From a virus, in the IMG/VR virus record IMGVR_UViG_3300035698_018616: a DNA stretch of 29,934 nucleotides; one strand, written 5' to 3'. The translations under genes were made by a program, and so were the position numbers. Below are positions 8,327 to 18,123 of this stretch, in pieces. The notes beneath the pieces are model-generated. The model did no database searches, was not told the origin of the DNA, and saw only the letters and a program-made list of their open reading frames with translations. The first letter of the stretch is position 1. Every line of letters starts with the position of its first letter.

Positions 8327-9065
8327 TTTCTCTCCTTTCTAACAACCATGCTTCAGTTGCTATTAATTGTAATTTCATTCTAATATCTTCTACAGTTTTT
8401 GGTTCAAAATCCTTATAATAGTCCCTAATTTCCTTTTCCCATAACTCCTTATAGCTTACAAAAGCCGGTGGAGAACTAACCAAAAAGTCAGGAATAATTT
8501 TATCATATGCATCTACTAACATCTTTTTCTTAGGTGGACTATAAAAAGGATAAGTTTCTTCAAAATCCAATCTCACAAAAGGAATTTCTAAATCCATTTC
8601 TAAATGATTATGAATGGTTTTATACGTGGATGTTACATACATTAATTGGATGGCCCATGCTTCTATATATCCTCTATTAGAGTATCCACCAAAATGTTCA
8701 TCCGATCCTTCACCTATATAAACAGTTTCCCTTCCATCCTTTTTTGCTTGTTTTGCTAACCAATAGGGCCAAATATTATATCTTGGTTGATTAAAAAATT
8801 TCATTACTTTATAAAGTCCCTCTACAAAATTATCAATTTCAACCTCTTTATGAATTGTACCATAATATTCAGATACTTGCTTAGCTTTTTTATGTTCATC
8901 ACCTTTAATTCCAAACTTAGCAGTATATGTATAGATAGGTTCTTTACATTTTTCTGATAAATGATGTAATACTATTGTTGAATCTACACCACCACTTATA
9001 TATACAGCAGGCTTTGGTTTTACAATTACCTTTTCTCCTATAAGCTCCCCAATTCTTTCCTTCAT
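8319..9065 (-). CDS. asparagine-synthetase-like ATP pyrophosphatase/amidoligase (synthetase domain only)
   Basis: PP-loop YISGGVDST and GEGSDEHFGGY; no N-terminal Ntn glutaminase domain. Confidence 0.82.
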   Translation of the reverse strand: MKERIGELIGEKVIVKPKPAVYISGGVDSTIVLHHLSEKCKEPIYTYTAKFGIKGDEHKKAKQVSEYYGTIHKEVEIDNFVEGLYKVMKFFNQPRYNIWPYWLAKQAKKDGRETVYIGEGSDEHFGGYSNRGYIEAWAIQLMYVTSTYKTIHNHLEMDLEIPFVRLDFEETYPFYSPPKKKMLVDAYDKIIPDFLVSSPPAFVSYKELWEKEIRDYYKDFEPKTVEDIRMKLQLIATEAWLLERREND

Positions 9066-9949
9066 ATTTTTCTACCTGATATAAACCATCCTGAATGCTC
9101 CCATCCTTCGGGTTGTAATACCTTAATATCATCTTTTATGTTATTATTCCCAAACCATGTAAGAATTTCCTCGAGTGTATGAAAAGTTACGATACTTGGA
9201 TGATACCAATCAACATTTACTAATGTAGATCCATCCAATCCCATATTATCATTATAGTAACACTTTAAGAAATGATTATAAATAAATTCTTGCATACCAT
9301 ATGTACCTTTCTTTATACCCAGCAAAGGGATATCTTCTTCTATAACAATACCCTCTTTAATTTTTTGTAATGATTTACCTAACTTTGATATGGATTCTGA
9401 AAAATCTAGACATTCATCAAAAGAAAGAAGTGTAGTATTGTTTCTTATATGTTCATCAGCTAAACTTCTTATCAAAGGTTTTTTACAATATATATAAACA
9501 CCAATCAATCCATTAGGTTTCAAGTGATAACAAAGTTTAGAAAAATATTTCTCAGTGTTTCCTGTATGATGTAATACCCCATTAGAAAAAATTATATCAA
9601 AAAATTCCTTATCAAACGGTAAACTACCAAGGTCTGCTTTAAGAACTATAACATTATTCATATGTTTAGTTCTTTCTTTAGCTATTTCTACACTATCAGA
9701 GATGTCTACGGCATATCTTGTAACATTTTCATTAATATTAAACAACTCCTCTGCCCATCCTACCCCACATCCAGCATCTAAACAATTCATTCCATCCTTA
9801 AAAATATCATATAAATCCTTCTCTTCATGAATACCAAATAAAGGAAGAAACTGTTCTAACACATCAGATTTAGAAGTTCCATAATTTTTACCTTCCTCAG
9901 TTAACCATTTCTCTCCGAAACTCTTACTTGTTTGTTCCTTATTTTTCAT
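9062..9949 (-). CDS. class I SAM-dependent methyltransferase
   Basis: CLDAGCGVG, AVDIS, LPF..EFFDIIFSNGVLHHT, LKPNG. Confidence 0.92.
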   Translation of the reverse strand: MKNKEQTSKSFGEKWLTEEGKNYGTSKSDVLEQFLPLFGIHEEKDLYDIFKDGMNCLDAGCGVGWAEELFNINENVTRYAVDISDSVEIAKERTKHMNNVIVLKADLGSLPFDKEFFDIIFSNGVLHHTGNTEKYFSKLCYHLKPNGLIGVYIYCKKPLIRSLADEHIRNNTTLLSFDECLDFSESISKLGKSLQKIKEGIVIEEDIPLLGIKKGTYGMQEFIYNHFLKCYYNDNMGLDGSTLVNVDWYHPSIVTFHTLEEILTWFGNNNIKDDIKVLQPEGWEHSGWFISGRKI

Positions 9950-10965
9950 AATCCCCCTGATAGATATTTCAATGGAAGATTTTCCTTAATCAACTCATTG
10001 AAATCATTATTTACACTTCTAAAATATTCATCCAATTCTGGTCTATGTTCCTTTAGTATATCCCAGTCAATATATGAGATTTTATCTAAACATTCTTTAA
10101 TAAGGTATCTCCAAGAAAATATCATCCTAATCTTTTCAAATAAAGTCAAATTAGGATATTTATTAGACCTGATTTCTTCGTTATCTCTTAAAAAATACTT
10201 ATCATTCCAATACTTTTCTTTATTTAGACATGATAGGAGTTCATTACCAGCAGGTATACTCTTTGGACCAAAAAAGTTTATAGGCCTATGAGCAGACCAA
10301 GGAAACAATTTATATCTTATTAACGATAATTTGATACCTAAAGCTGAATATCCTCTATTAGGCACCTTTTCTATCAATAACTCCCCAATCAAATCTTTAT
10401 CAACACCAATCACTTTAAATATGTCATATAGGACCCTTTCCTTATCATCCTTAAAGTTTTCAAAAAAGAAAATGAAAACATCTTCCTTATTATAATATTT
10501 ATATGTGGATTTAAGTAAATTAGTATAGTTTAAGTTGGTATAGTTTAAATCCTTCAAAAATTTATTAACAGTTTGATAATGATGTTCATGAATACACTCT
10601 CTATAACAGGATAGTAACCAATCTGTTTGATACCTAAAGAAAACGATAATCTTGGCATTTGGAAACAATAAGTGTATTAAAGAAATGCTTACATCCCAAT
10701 CTTCATATGCTTTGAATAAATTTCCTGAAAACATTTCCCTGGATATAACTAAGGTTCCGTCTGAATGTAAGTTTTCAATTCTTTCCTGTTCCTTTGAAAA
10801 TTTCTTAAATACATAAGGCTTATCAACATCATCAGCCTTCAAATAATCTACTGCATATTGTACTAACTTATCGGGATTATACACTATATCCAACTTAGGA
10901 AATATAAAATTCTGGAAATATTTTGTTCCAGTCTTATGTAATCCTATATGTATAAATGTTTTCAT
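9946..10965 (-). CDS. PAPS-dependent sulfotransferase-like protein
   Basis: 5'-PSB-like FIHIGLHKTGTKYFQ; VISRE; 3'-PB-like KIIVFFRYQTDWLLSCY; FFENF. Confidence 0.8.
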   Translation of the reverse strand: MKTFIHIGLHKTGTKYFQNFIFPKLDIVYNPDKLVQYAVDYLKADDVDKPYVFKKFSKEQERIENLHSDGTLVISREMFSGNLFKAYEDWDVSISLIHLLFPNAKIIVFFRYQTDWLLSCYRECIHEHHYQTVNKFLKDLNYTNLNYTNLLKSTYKYYNKEDVFIFFFENFKDDKERVLYDIFKVIGVDKDLIGELLIEKVPNRGYSALGIKLSLIRYKLFPWSAHRPINFFGPKSIPAGNELLSCLNKEKYWNDKYFLRDNEEIRSNKYPNLTLFEKIRMIFSWRYLIKECLDKISYIDWDILKEHRPELDEYFRSVNNDFNELIKENLPLKYLSGGL

Positions 10966-12137
10966 TCATTAACCTTCATTGGAAAACAATATTTCATATA
11001 AAAACTCATTGGTACAAGATTAGTCTTTGCTAAGAAATGAAACAATGGTTGTAAAATCTCAAATCTTCTTTTATACGTTGGAAAGTTTTGCCAAGGTATC
11101 GGAGGTTGATTCATCATAGTATTGTACAATTCATCGGATAAATTAAGACGTTTTTTAAATGTTGATATAGTATTCTCATTTATCAAAGGTGGTGTGTTAT
11201 ACTCTTTCCATGCTTCTTCACGACTCATTTTACCATTTCTAACAAGAGCAGAAAGAGTGTTATTTCTTAAATCCATGTTACATTTTTGGGGTAGATAAAC
11301 ACTATGGCAAAATTCTGTTATCACATTTTCTAAATGATGCCCCCCATAATCTTTCCATCCAAACTCTTTACTCAGAAAAACTTTTGCATCTTCTTTATTG
11401 TAATCTATATACCAATATGGTCGTATTTTTCTAATCCGTGAAACACAGGTCCACCACATAAATCTACTAAACGTCATTAGTGGAAATGTTTTCATTGGAA
11501 GTCTACCGAATCTTTTGTGAATTACCCTTACATACTTTCCATCAAAATAATTGTTGTTGAGTGGAGTAACACCTTCTTCAATAAATGAATGACCATCAAG
11601 AATATATTTCACATTGTATTTATGGGCTGCTCGGTATTGTACTTCTGCTAAACCTATATCTGATGATGCTTCAATTTCCCCTACACCTGAAAGAAAGAAT
11701 GCTCTGAAAATATCATTAATCTCATCAAGATCTGGAGTATAAGTATATAAATCCACATCTAATGCTTTATTTATTTTGTTTAGATTACTATAAGCAATAT
11801 CCGATCCCCATGAATTATCATATGTAGCTGCTAAAGGTCGTAACCCCCATTGTTTAACAAGATATAATAAATAAGACGAATCTGTACCACCGCTTACACC
11901 TACAACACAATCATACTTTTTACCCTTTCCTGCAACTTTCATATCATTAATAATTTTATCAAGTTCCTCTTTCCCTTTACCTGTACCTGTTCCATATTGA
12001 TCTTTTAATTTCTCCAATTGCTTACAACAACTACATACTCCTTCCTCATCAAAAGTTATTCCAGGAACTCGTTCATCATATATACATTTAGTACATATCT
12101 TAACACCAGCTTTGTTTATATCTTGATTTAATAGCAT
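10962..12137 (-). CDS. N-acetyl sugar amidotransferase (WbpG/WbuX family)
   Basis: CTKCIYD...CSCC N-terminus, YDCVVGVSGGTDSSY, GLRPLA, FGWKDYGGHHLE, LVRNGKMSREEA. Confidence 0.88.
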   Translation of the reverse strand: MLLNQDINKAGVKICTKCIYDERVPGITFDEEGVCSCCKQLEKLKDQYGTGTGKGKEELDKIINDMKVAGKGKKYDCVVGVSGGTDSSYLLYLVKQWGLRPLAATYDNSWGSDIAYSNLNKINKALDVDLYTYTPDLDEINDIFRAFFLSGVGEIEASSDIGLAEVQYRAAHKYNVKYILDGHSFIEEGVTPLNNNYFDGKYVRVIHKRFGRLPMKTFPLMTFSRFMWWTCVSRIRKIRPYWYIDYNKEDAKVFLSKEFGWKDYGGHHLENVITEFCHSVYLPQKCNMDLRNNTLSALVRNGKMSREEAWKEYNTPPLINENTISTFKKRLNLSDELYNTMMNQPPIPWQNFPTYKRRFEILQPLFHFLAKTNLVPMSFYMKYCFPMKVNE

Positions 12138-12148
12138 CAGTCCTCCTT

Positions 12149-13147
12149 CTAATGATCTGATTGTGCAACTTCTTTAACTGTGGAGTTTTTTCCCAAATTC
12201 ATTCTCCAATCTACTAATGTTCTAAGACCTTCTCTCAAAGAAGTCAGGTACTCAAAATTTAAATCTTTTTTAGCCAAAGAAGTATCACAAACTCTATTAG
12301 TAACAAATTCTTGTCCTACTTCTCTATATTCTATATCAAGATTAGAATTAGTTAGGTCTAACAACAATTCCACTACCTCTTTAATAGAAGTTTTTATTCC
12401 ACTACCTACGTTATAAAAACCAAATGGAATATCAGATTTTAAAGCATATATATTGGCTCTCGCTACATCCCTAACATCAATGAAATCAAATGATTGACAT
12501 CCATTTCCAAATACAATTGGACTTTTATCTGCAAGTATATTATCTATAGCTTTCATTATTACGGATGTATAGGCACCTTTGAAATCTTGTCTTGGTCCAT
12601 ATACATTCATATACCTTAGACCTACACCTTCAAGACCATATCTTCTATGAAATGCCTTAAACATATGTTCACCAGCTATTTTAGTTGCACCGTAAAAGGT
12701 CCAATTATTATAAGGGTGATCTTCTGTCATAGGTATCTCAACAGCATCCCCATAAACTGATGCCGAAGATGAATAAATTAGTCGTTCTATATTCTGATCA
12801 ACACAAGATTCTAACACATTAAAAGTTCCTCTGATATTAACATCAAAAGCCGACCTTGGATAATCCTGACATTGTAAAAGCCATAAAGCCGCTAAATGAA
12901 TTACTCCATCAGAATAATATATTGCTTTGTTTAATATGTCTGTTTGTATTATGTCCCCACCAATATCAAAAATAGAGCATCTATTTTTATCTTCAAGTGC
13001 TTCCTTTAAGTTTTCCTTAGTTCCTCTACAAAAATTATCATAGATTGTAACTTCCGATACATTCTCTTCTAATAGTAGATCAACCACATGAGAACCTATA
13101 AATCCAGCCCCACCAATTACTAATATTTTTTTATTCTTTAAATCCAA
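12149..13147 (-). CDS. NAD-dependent nucleotide-sugar epimerase/dehydratase
   Basis: ILVIGGAGFIGSH, YSSSASVYG, YGATK, RYMNVYGPRQD; probable TTG start at 13147 after GAGGAG. Confidence 0.92.
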   Translation of the reverse strand: MDLKNKKILVIGGAGFIGSHVVDLLLEENVSEVTIYDNFCRGTKENLKEALEDKNRCSIFDIGGDIIQTDILNKAIYYSDGVIHLAALWLLQCQDYPRSAFDVNIRGTFNVLESCVDQNIERLIYSSSASVYGDAVEIPMTEDHPYNNWTFYGATKIAGEHMFKAFHRRYGLEGVGLRYMNVYGPRQDFKGAYTSVIMKAIDNILADKSPIVFGNGCQSFDFIDVRDVARANIYALKSDIPFGFYNVGSGIKTSIKEVVELLLDLTNSNLDIEYREVGQEFVTNRVCDTSLAKKDLNFEYLTSLREGLRTLVDWRMNLGKNSTVKEVAQSDH

Positions 13148-13988
13148 TTTCTGACTCCTCAATTTCAATAAAACTATTATTCCCACATATGATAATATTA
13201 TTGTTTACTACTCTACCTGGAATTCCATAATATTTGATATCAGATAGCATTTTTGCTCTCCATATCATAACTTTCTCACCATTATGATAAAAATATGCTC
13301 CAGGATAAGGATGTGATTGTGCTCTTATGAAATTATAAACCTCTAAAGCTGATTTATTCCAATCTATAAGTCCATCATTAGGTGTTCTTTGTGTACAATA
13401 AGAAGCTTTACTATGGTCTTGTTCATATCCTGATATTTTATTATATAAAATACCTTTTATATTCTCTTTAATTTTAAGCATGGATTGTTCTTCTATAAAG
13501 GTAAGAATTTCTCCTATATAAATATCTGGAGATATATAAATTGTTCTTTGAGCATAGATAGGACCATCATCCATTCCTTCTGTAAATTGAAATAATGAAA
13601 ACCCAACATATTTTTCATTATTAATTATAGACCAAACTAATGGAGCACCCCCTCTATACTTCGGAAGTAAAGAATTATGAATACCTAATATTTTATAAGT
13701 ACTAACAATTTCAGCACTTATAAGCCAATACCATCCAACCACTAAACATAAATCGGGTTCTATATCTTTAATTATTTGTTCAGAAACTTGTCTATTCTCA
13801 CAAATCTCTATAGGTATATCATTCTCTTTACAATATGATTTTATATCCTTTAGTTTATTTCTACCATCGGATGAATCATCAATTGTTAGTACCTTAACAA
13901 GCTTTTCCGGTAAGGTTTCATGCAAAGCTTTGAGACATTTATAACCTATGTTTTTACTACCTAAAAATACGATTTTCTTCTTCATCAA
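13131..13988 (-). CDS. Fmt-like formyltransferase, probably nucleotide-sugar N-formyltransferase
   Basis: GIHNSLLPKYRGGAP, MDDGPI, DGLIDW, RAQSHPYPGA; lies between an aminotransferase and a dehydratase. Confidence 0.88.
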   Translation of the reverse strand: MMKKKIVFLGSKNIGYKCLKALHETLPEKLVKVLTIDDSSDGRNKLKDIKSYCKENDIPIEICENRQVSEQIIKDIEPDLCLVVGWYWLISAEIVSTYKILGIHNSLLPKYRGGAPLVWSIINNEKYVGFSLFQFTEGMDDGPIYAQRTIYISPDIYIGEILTFIEEQSMLKIKENIKGILYNKISGYEQDHSKASYCTQRTPNDGLIDWNKSALEVYNFIRAQSHPYPGAYFYHNGEKVMIWRAKMLSDIKYYGIPGRVVNNNIIICGNNSFIEIEESEIGFKE

Positions 13989-13992
13989 TATC

Positions 13993-15051
13993 TTATATAC
14001 TCCTTAAACACATATAAACCTCATCAATTTCCCTTTCTGTTAATTCATAGTATAATGGTAAAGCCAATGACCTGTTATACAAATAATATGAAATAGGACA
14101 ATTATTAGATGAATTATATACTGGTTGCGTATGAGAAGCGTATGTTCCTATTTGACAACCTATATCTTCCCCTCTTAATTTATTCATTAACTTATTTCTA
14201 TCAATACACTCATCAACTGTGGTTACATAACTTTGATATACATGATTACTATTTAAATATGGCTGTTCTATATAAGATATCTCTTTTAGTCTTTCATCCC
14301 ATAAGTTTGCTAAGTACCTTTTTTTAGAAGTAACCTTATCTATACTTTTTAGTTGAGTGACACCTACAGATGCAGTGATATCACTCATTTTATAATTATA
14401 TCCTAAATCATCAAAGATTAGACGACCATCTATTGAGGTGGTTCCAAAGGTTGATAATTTTCTTATTTTATCTGATATGGGATCACTATCAGTAATTGCC
14501 ATACCTCCTTCACCTGTGACTAAATTCTTTCTAGCATGAAATGAAAAACAAGCAATGTCACCTGATAATCTAAATTCAGAACTAAATGCACAAGCAGCAT
14601 CTTCAATAACAAATAAATTATATTTCCTAGCTATCTCACATATACTCTCCATATCGGCTAATTGACCAAATAAATGTACTGGAATAATAGCCTTTGTTTT
14701 ATCAGTAATTCTCTCCTCAATTAAATTAGGATTCATATTGTAGGTTTGAGGATCGACATCTATAAATACAGGTTTTGCTCCACAATATAATACTGAATGT
14801 CCTGTAGCTGGAAATGTATAATCAGCAACTAAAACCTCATCTCCTTTACCAACCCCTAAAGATAGTAACGCTAAATGTAATGCAGCAGTACAATTTGAAA
14901 GGGCTACTGCATTATTAACATTAAGAAGGTTGGAAACTTTATTCTCAAATTCTCTAACCTTTGGTCCATTAGAGACCCAGCCTGATTCTAATACTTTTGA
15001 AATTTCATCTATTTCTGTGCAATCAAAGTACGGTTTTGCTAAAGGAATCAT
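13993..15051 (-). CDS. DegT/DnrJ/EryC1/StrS PLP-dependent sugar aminotransferase
   Basis: SNCTAALHLAL, IPVHLFG, IEDAACA, FSFHARKNLVTGEGG, LGYNYKMSD; start at MIPLAKP. Confidence 0.94.
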   Translation of the reverse strand: MIPLAKPYFDCTEIDEISKVLESGWVSNGPKVREFENKVSNLLNVNNAVALSNCTAALHLALLSLGVGKGDEVLVADYTFPATGHSVLYCGAKPVFIDVDPQTYNMNPNLIEERITDKTKAIIPVHLFGQLADMESICEIARKYNLFVIEDAACAFSSEFRLSGDIACFSFHARKNLVTGEGGMAITDSDPISDKIRKLSTFGTTSIDGRLIFDDLGYNYKMSDITASVGVTQLKSIDKVTSKKRYLANLWDERLKEISYIEQPYLNSNHVYQSYVTTVDECIDRNKLMNKLRGEDIGCQIGTYASHTQPVYNSSNNCPISYYLYNRSLALPLYYELTEREIDEVYMCLRSI

Positions 15052-16051
15052 TTTTTTGTTTTTTATCCTCCAATACATTTTCTATGACTTCTATCATTAG
15101 TTCTAACTTATTATTAATACTGAAATTTTCCCTTGAGAATATCATTCCGTTTCTTCTAATATCATTGTAGTCATTAGGATTTTTAAGTACCATATTCACT
15201 TGTTTAAAAACATTTGCCTCAGTAATAGGTATATAATGAACATTGGGTTTAAATCCTAAATTAGTTAAATCTTTCGTGGTATCTGTGAGTAGTAATGAAC
15301 CAGCTGCGGTAATTTCAAACATCTTGGTGAGTGTGCTATTGAAAAATGGTGAAGGACCTAAACAACAAAAATATTTATTAAGCATTTTAGCATAACCATC
15401 AAACCATGCACTTTCTTTTACAATATTACCTTCAGCTTGTTCCATATTACGATATATATGTAATCTTAATGGGTATGCTTCCCCTACAGCTCCAGTAAAA
15501 AGACATTTCATTACAGGATTTTCATTAAACGGTAAATTAACATATCGTTCATGTGGTCCAAAAAAACTTGGTGACCATATCATTTGATCTTTATATTCAG
15601 GATATATTTCACCAAGTGCATCATACATACTTGTTATTGTTACATCTGACCTATTAAGAGCTTTACGAAACCATTCCTTTTTTTTATTTTCTACTGTTAT
15701 TTGATGTTCCCAATTACAATAATCATCACTATGTATATCCGATGATACACCCACAATCTTAATATTTTTAGGTGTATTTATTACACTTTCCCATAGTAAT
15801 TTTATAATATTACGTTTTGGAAATCCTTGTATTATGATAACATCAAAGTCTTTTAATTCGTCTACATTTATATCAAATCTAAAATCTATATCAAATCCAA
15901 AATAATCTGATAATTGTTTATATAACAAACTACGACCATCAACAGCTCCTTCACCACTAGATTTTATATGTTCACCTTCATTTTTTTCATATGGGGATAT
16001 TCCATGTCCCGCTAAAATTATTCCTTTGGCATTACCTTTATATCTTTCCAT
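15023..16051 (-). CDS. GT-B glycosyltransferase (CgeB/Glyco_trans_1_2-like)
   Basis: CLFTGAV..YPLR, TKMFEITAAGSLLLTD, GFKPNVHYI, IRRNG. Confidence 0.8.
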   Translation of the reverse strand: MERYKGNAKGIILAGHGISPYEKNEGEHIKSSGEGAVDGRSLLYKQLSDYFGFDIDFRFDINVDELKDFDVIIIQGFPKRNIIKLLWESVINTPKNIKIVGVSSDIHSDDYCNWEHQITVENKKKEWFRKALNRSDVTITSMYDALGEIYPEYKDQMIWSPSFFGPHERYVNLPFNENPVMKCLFTGAVGEAYPLRLHIYRNMEQAEGNIVKESAWFDGYAKMLNKYFCCLGPSPFFNSTLTKMFEITAAGSLLLTDTTKDLTNLGFKPNVHYIPITEANVFKQVNMVLKNPNDYNDIRRNGMIFSRENFSINNKLELMIEVIENVLEDKKQKNDSFSKTVL

Positions 16052-16242
16052 TATTTTATAATCTCCTTGTATAATTCCATATCCAATTTGTTAATATGTT
16101 CTATTTCTTTTCTTATATCATTACTTACAAGTTTCTTTTTGCCTCTCCTTAGAATTTTATAGGTTTCTGGTAAACCCAATTCAAATAATTTATTGAATTC
16201 CAAAAAACATTTATGGTAATTTTCTAATGTAATAAAAATTTC
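16051..16242 (-). pseudogene. C-terminal remnant of a sulfotransferase (Sulfotransfer_2/Gal-3-O-like)
   Basis: 63-codon open frame with no plausible 5' ATG, ending IRKEIEHINKLDMELYKEIIK* (N-x-x-D-x-E-L-Y); TAATG-coupled to the next gene. Confidence 0.5.
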
Positions 16243-16248
16243 TCATTT

Positions 16249-16290
16249 TCTTTTATCTTCTTTCTCCTATTTTCTTTCTCCTATTTTCTT
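16249..16290. repeat. 14-bp tandem repeat, 2 perfect copies plus 1 degenerate copy
   Basis: Minus strand AAGAAAATAGGAGA AAGAAAATAGGAGA AAGAAGATAAAAGA, spanning the acetyltransferase stop codon. Confidence 0.85.
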
Positions 16291-16662
16291 TGCTGGATTA
16301 CCCGCCCATATTTCAAATGCTGGGATATTTTTAGTTATTACACTACAAGCACCTATGATAGCACCTGCACCTATTGTTTCTACACCTATAATTAGAGACC
16401 TTACACCTATAAATACATCTCTTTCTATATGGAGTTCAACAGGTATAATTTTTTGAATTTTCCCTCTTCTACCCCTTGAATGGTTCCATTTATGTTGATG
16501 GGTAAGTATCATAGTTTCAGCACCTACTTCAGCGTATTCAGCTATATAAACATTACTTGCAAGGTCTATTCTAACATCTCTATGTATATGACATTTCTCA
16601 TCAGCAAATAATTCACCTTTAAATAATTTTTTGTGTGCATATGTAAGTGTAGGTATACCCAT
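16267..16662 (-). CDS. left-handed beta-helix O/N-acyltransferase
   Basis: ILTHQH, IERDVFIG, IGAGAIIGACSVITKNIP, WAGNPAKKI. Confidence 0.88.
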   Translation of the reverse strand: MGIPTLTYAHKKLFKGELFADEKCHIHRDVRIDLASNVYIAEYAEVGAETMILTHQHKWNHSRGRRGKIQKIIPVELHIERDVFIGVRSLIIGVETIGAGAIIGACSVITKNIPAFEIWAGNPAKKIGERK

Positions 16663-17297
16663 TATACTATACTCCTAATTGTTTGAAATACCTCAGCATA
16701 CTTCACTCCTATTTCACTACCCCTTATACTTGCTATAAGTTTAACAGTATTAGTTAAATCAGGTCTTTTAGCTAATTGACTCTTATAACATTCTATGGCT
16801 TCTATCTTCTTCTCTATATGTTCCTTTGTTAATGGTATATATGTGGTCATATTTGATTTACCCATACTATTCCATATATTCTCATATCCAAGTATAGTAG
16901 AGTGACGAAAGGCTCTTATACCTTCCTCACGTATAACCTTATGGTCTTGGTGTATATCATTACTATTAGGGAGTAATACTATATCAGGTTGTACACTTAA
17001 TTTAGATATTATCATAGCATCTAATATTTCTTGTCTATGAGAAGGAAAGGTTCTAACCTGAAACATTACTTTATATTGTATAGTACATGTACCAAGTTTT
17101 TCTTCTGCTTGTCTTTCTTCTATTCTGGTAGAAGTTATATCAAACTCCTCTGGTATTGATTCCTCTGCAAAAGAGAATATCATATTAAATACTTCATGGC
17201 CTTCATCTATAAACCTTGCTACAGTTTCACCACAACTTATCTCCATATCATCAGAATGTGGGGATAGAACTAATATTCTTTTAGAATTTTCCGTCAT
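16662..17297 (-). CDS. PIG-L/LmbE family de-N-acetylase
   Basis: LVLSPHSDD, DIHQDH, KKIEAIECYKSQ, YAEVF. Confidence 0.92.
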   Translation of the reverse strand: MTENSKRILVLSPHSDDMEISCGETVARFIDEGHEVFNMIFSFAEESIPEEFDITSTRIEERQAEEKLGTCTIQYKVMFQVRTFPSHRQEILDAMIISKLSVQPDIVLLPNSNDIHQDHKVIREEGIRAFRHSTILGYENIWNSMGKSNMTTYIPLTKEHIEKKIEAIECYKSQLAKRPDLTNTVKLIASIRGSEIGVKYAEVFQTIRSIV

Positions 17298-18120
17298 ATT
17301 GTTTTCCTTTTTCTGTTAATTGTAAACTGAGAGGGTCATTGGGGCTTACTTCCATAAAATTTGACATACGACCCATACCTTGAGGACCAATACCTTTACC
17401 GGCCCATGTATTAACAATTCTTCCTATATCTAATCCTATACCACCACAATCTTTCGTCCATATAGAATATCCTTTAGCTAAAAATCCACCGGCTATTAAG
17501 AATATATCTATATCATCAATCATCAATTTTATCTGATTTTTTACATCCTGATAAAGGTTATAGTGCCATATACCGCATGGTGGTATATTAAGTTTATCAT
17601 CTCTTGGGGATTCTTCTGGTATACTTATAACTTCACATCCTATTATATCACCTAATTCAGGAAAAGAAGTAATTAAGCATATCTTTTTATCCCTAATGAT
17701 GTTCCATAAGTTATATTCTCCTTCTATGAACAACAAATAACCTATATCAGGATTGACGAAATTGGTATTGGTTATACCTATCTCTTTATGCACTCTTTCC
17801 CATTCTCTGAATACACTTGTTGGTTTTATATTCTTATCAAAAAACTGTCCATCAGTAAACCAAGCACCAAGACAAGCAACATAATCAGACCTATTACAAG
17901 AATCTATCAACATCTTAACAACTTCCTTACCCTTTTCCGGTGGTATACCTTGCTCTATATTTTTTCGTTTAGACACGGTACCTATCATCATAGAGGAAAA
18001 TTCAGCATTACCCATCCTCATAATTGAAAAGGATTTATTATCATCTAAACATTCTTTAATATGAGTGTATATATGTGAAACTTTACATACTGTTGTACCT
18101 TCCATGTAATTATCTTCCAT
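17281..18120 (-). CDS. GT-D fold-like glycosyltransferase
   Basis: SFSIMRMGNAE (variant of S-x-x-R-x-G-D-G-E), DIFLIAGGFLAK, GGIGLDIG. Confidence 0.7.
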   Translation of the reverse strand: MEDNYMEGTTVCKVSHIYTHIKECLDDNKSFSIMRMGNAEFSSMMIGTVSKRKNIEQGIPPEKGKEVVKMLIDSCNRSDYVACLGAWFTDGQFFDKNIKPTSVFREWERVHKEIGITNTNFVNPDIGYLLFIEGEYNLWNIIRDKKICLITSFPELGDIIGCEVISIPEESPRDDKLNIPPCGIWHYNLYQDVKNQIKLMIDDIDIFLIAGGFLAKGYSIWTKDCGGIGLDIGRIVNTWAGKGIGPQGMGRMSNFMEVSPNDPLSLQLTEKGKQYDGKF

Positions 18121-18123
18121 TTA

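Noticed and set aside
10520-10550. Imperfect 15-bp in-frame duplication (LNYTN LNYTN) in the sulfotransferase
   Set aside because: In frame and already diverged, with no evident consequence.
9277-16416. TATAAATA T4-late-promoter-like octamers (near 9278, 13516, 14761, 16408)
   Set aside because: All are on the non-coding strand inside genes and are expected by chance in AT-rich DNA.
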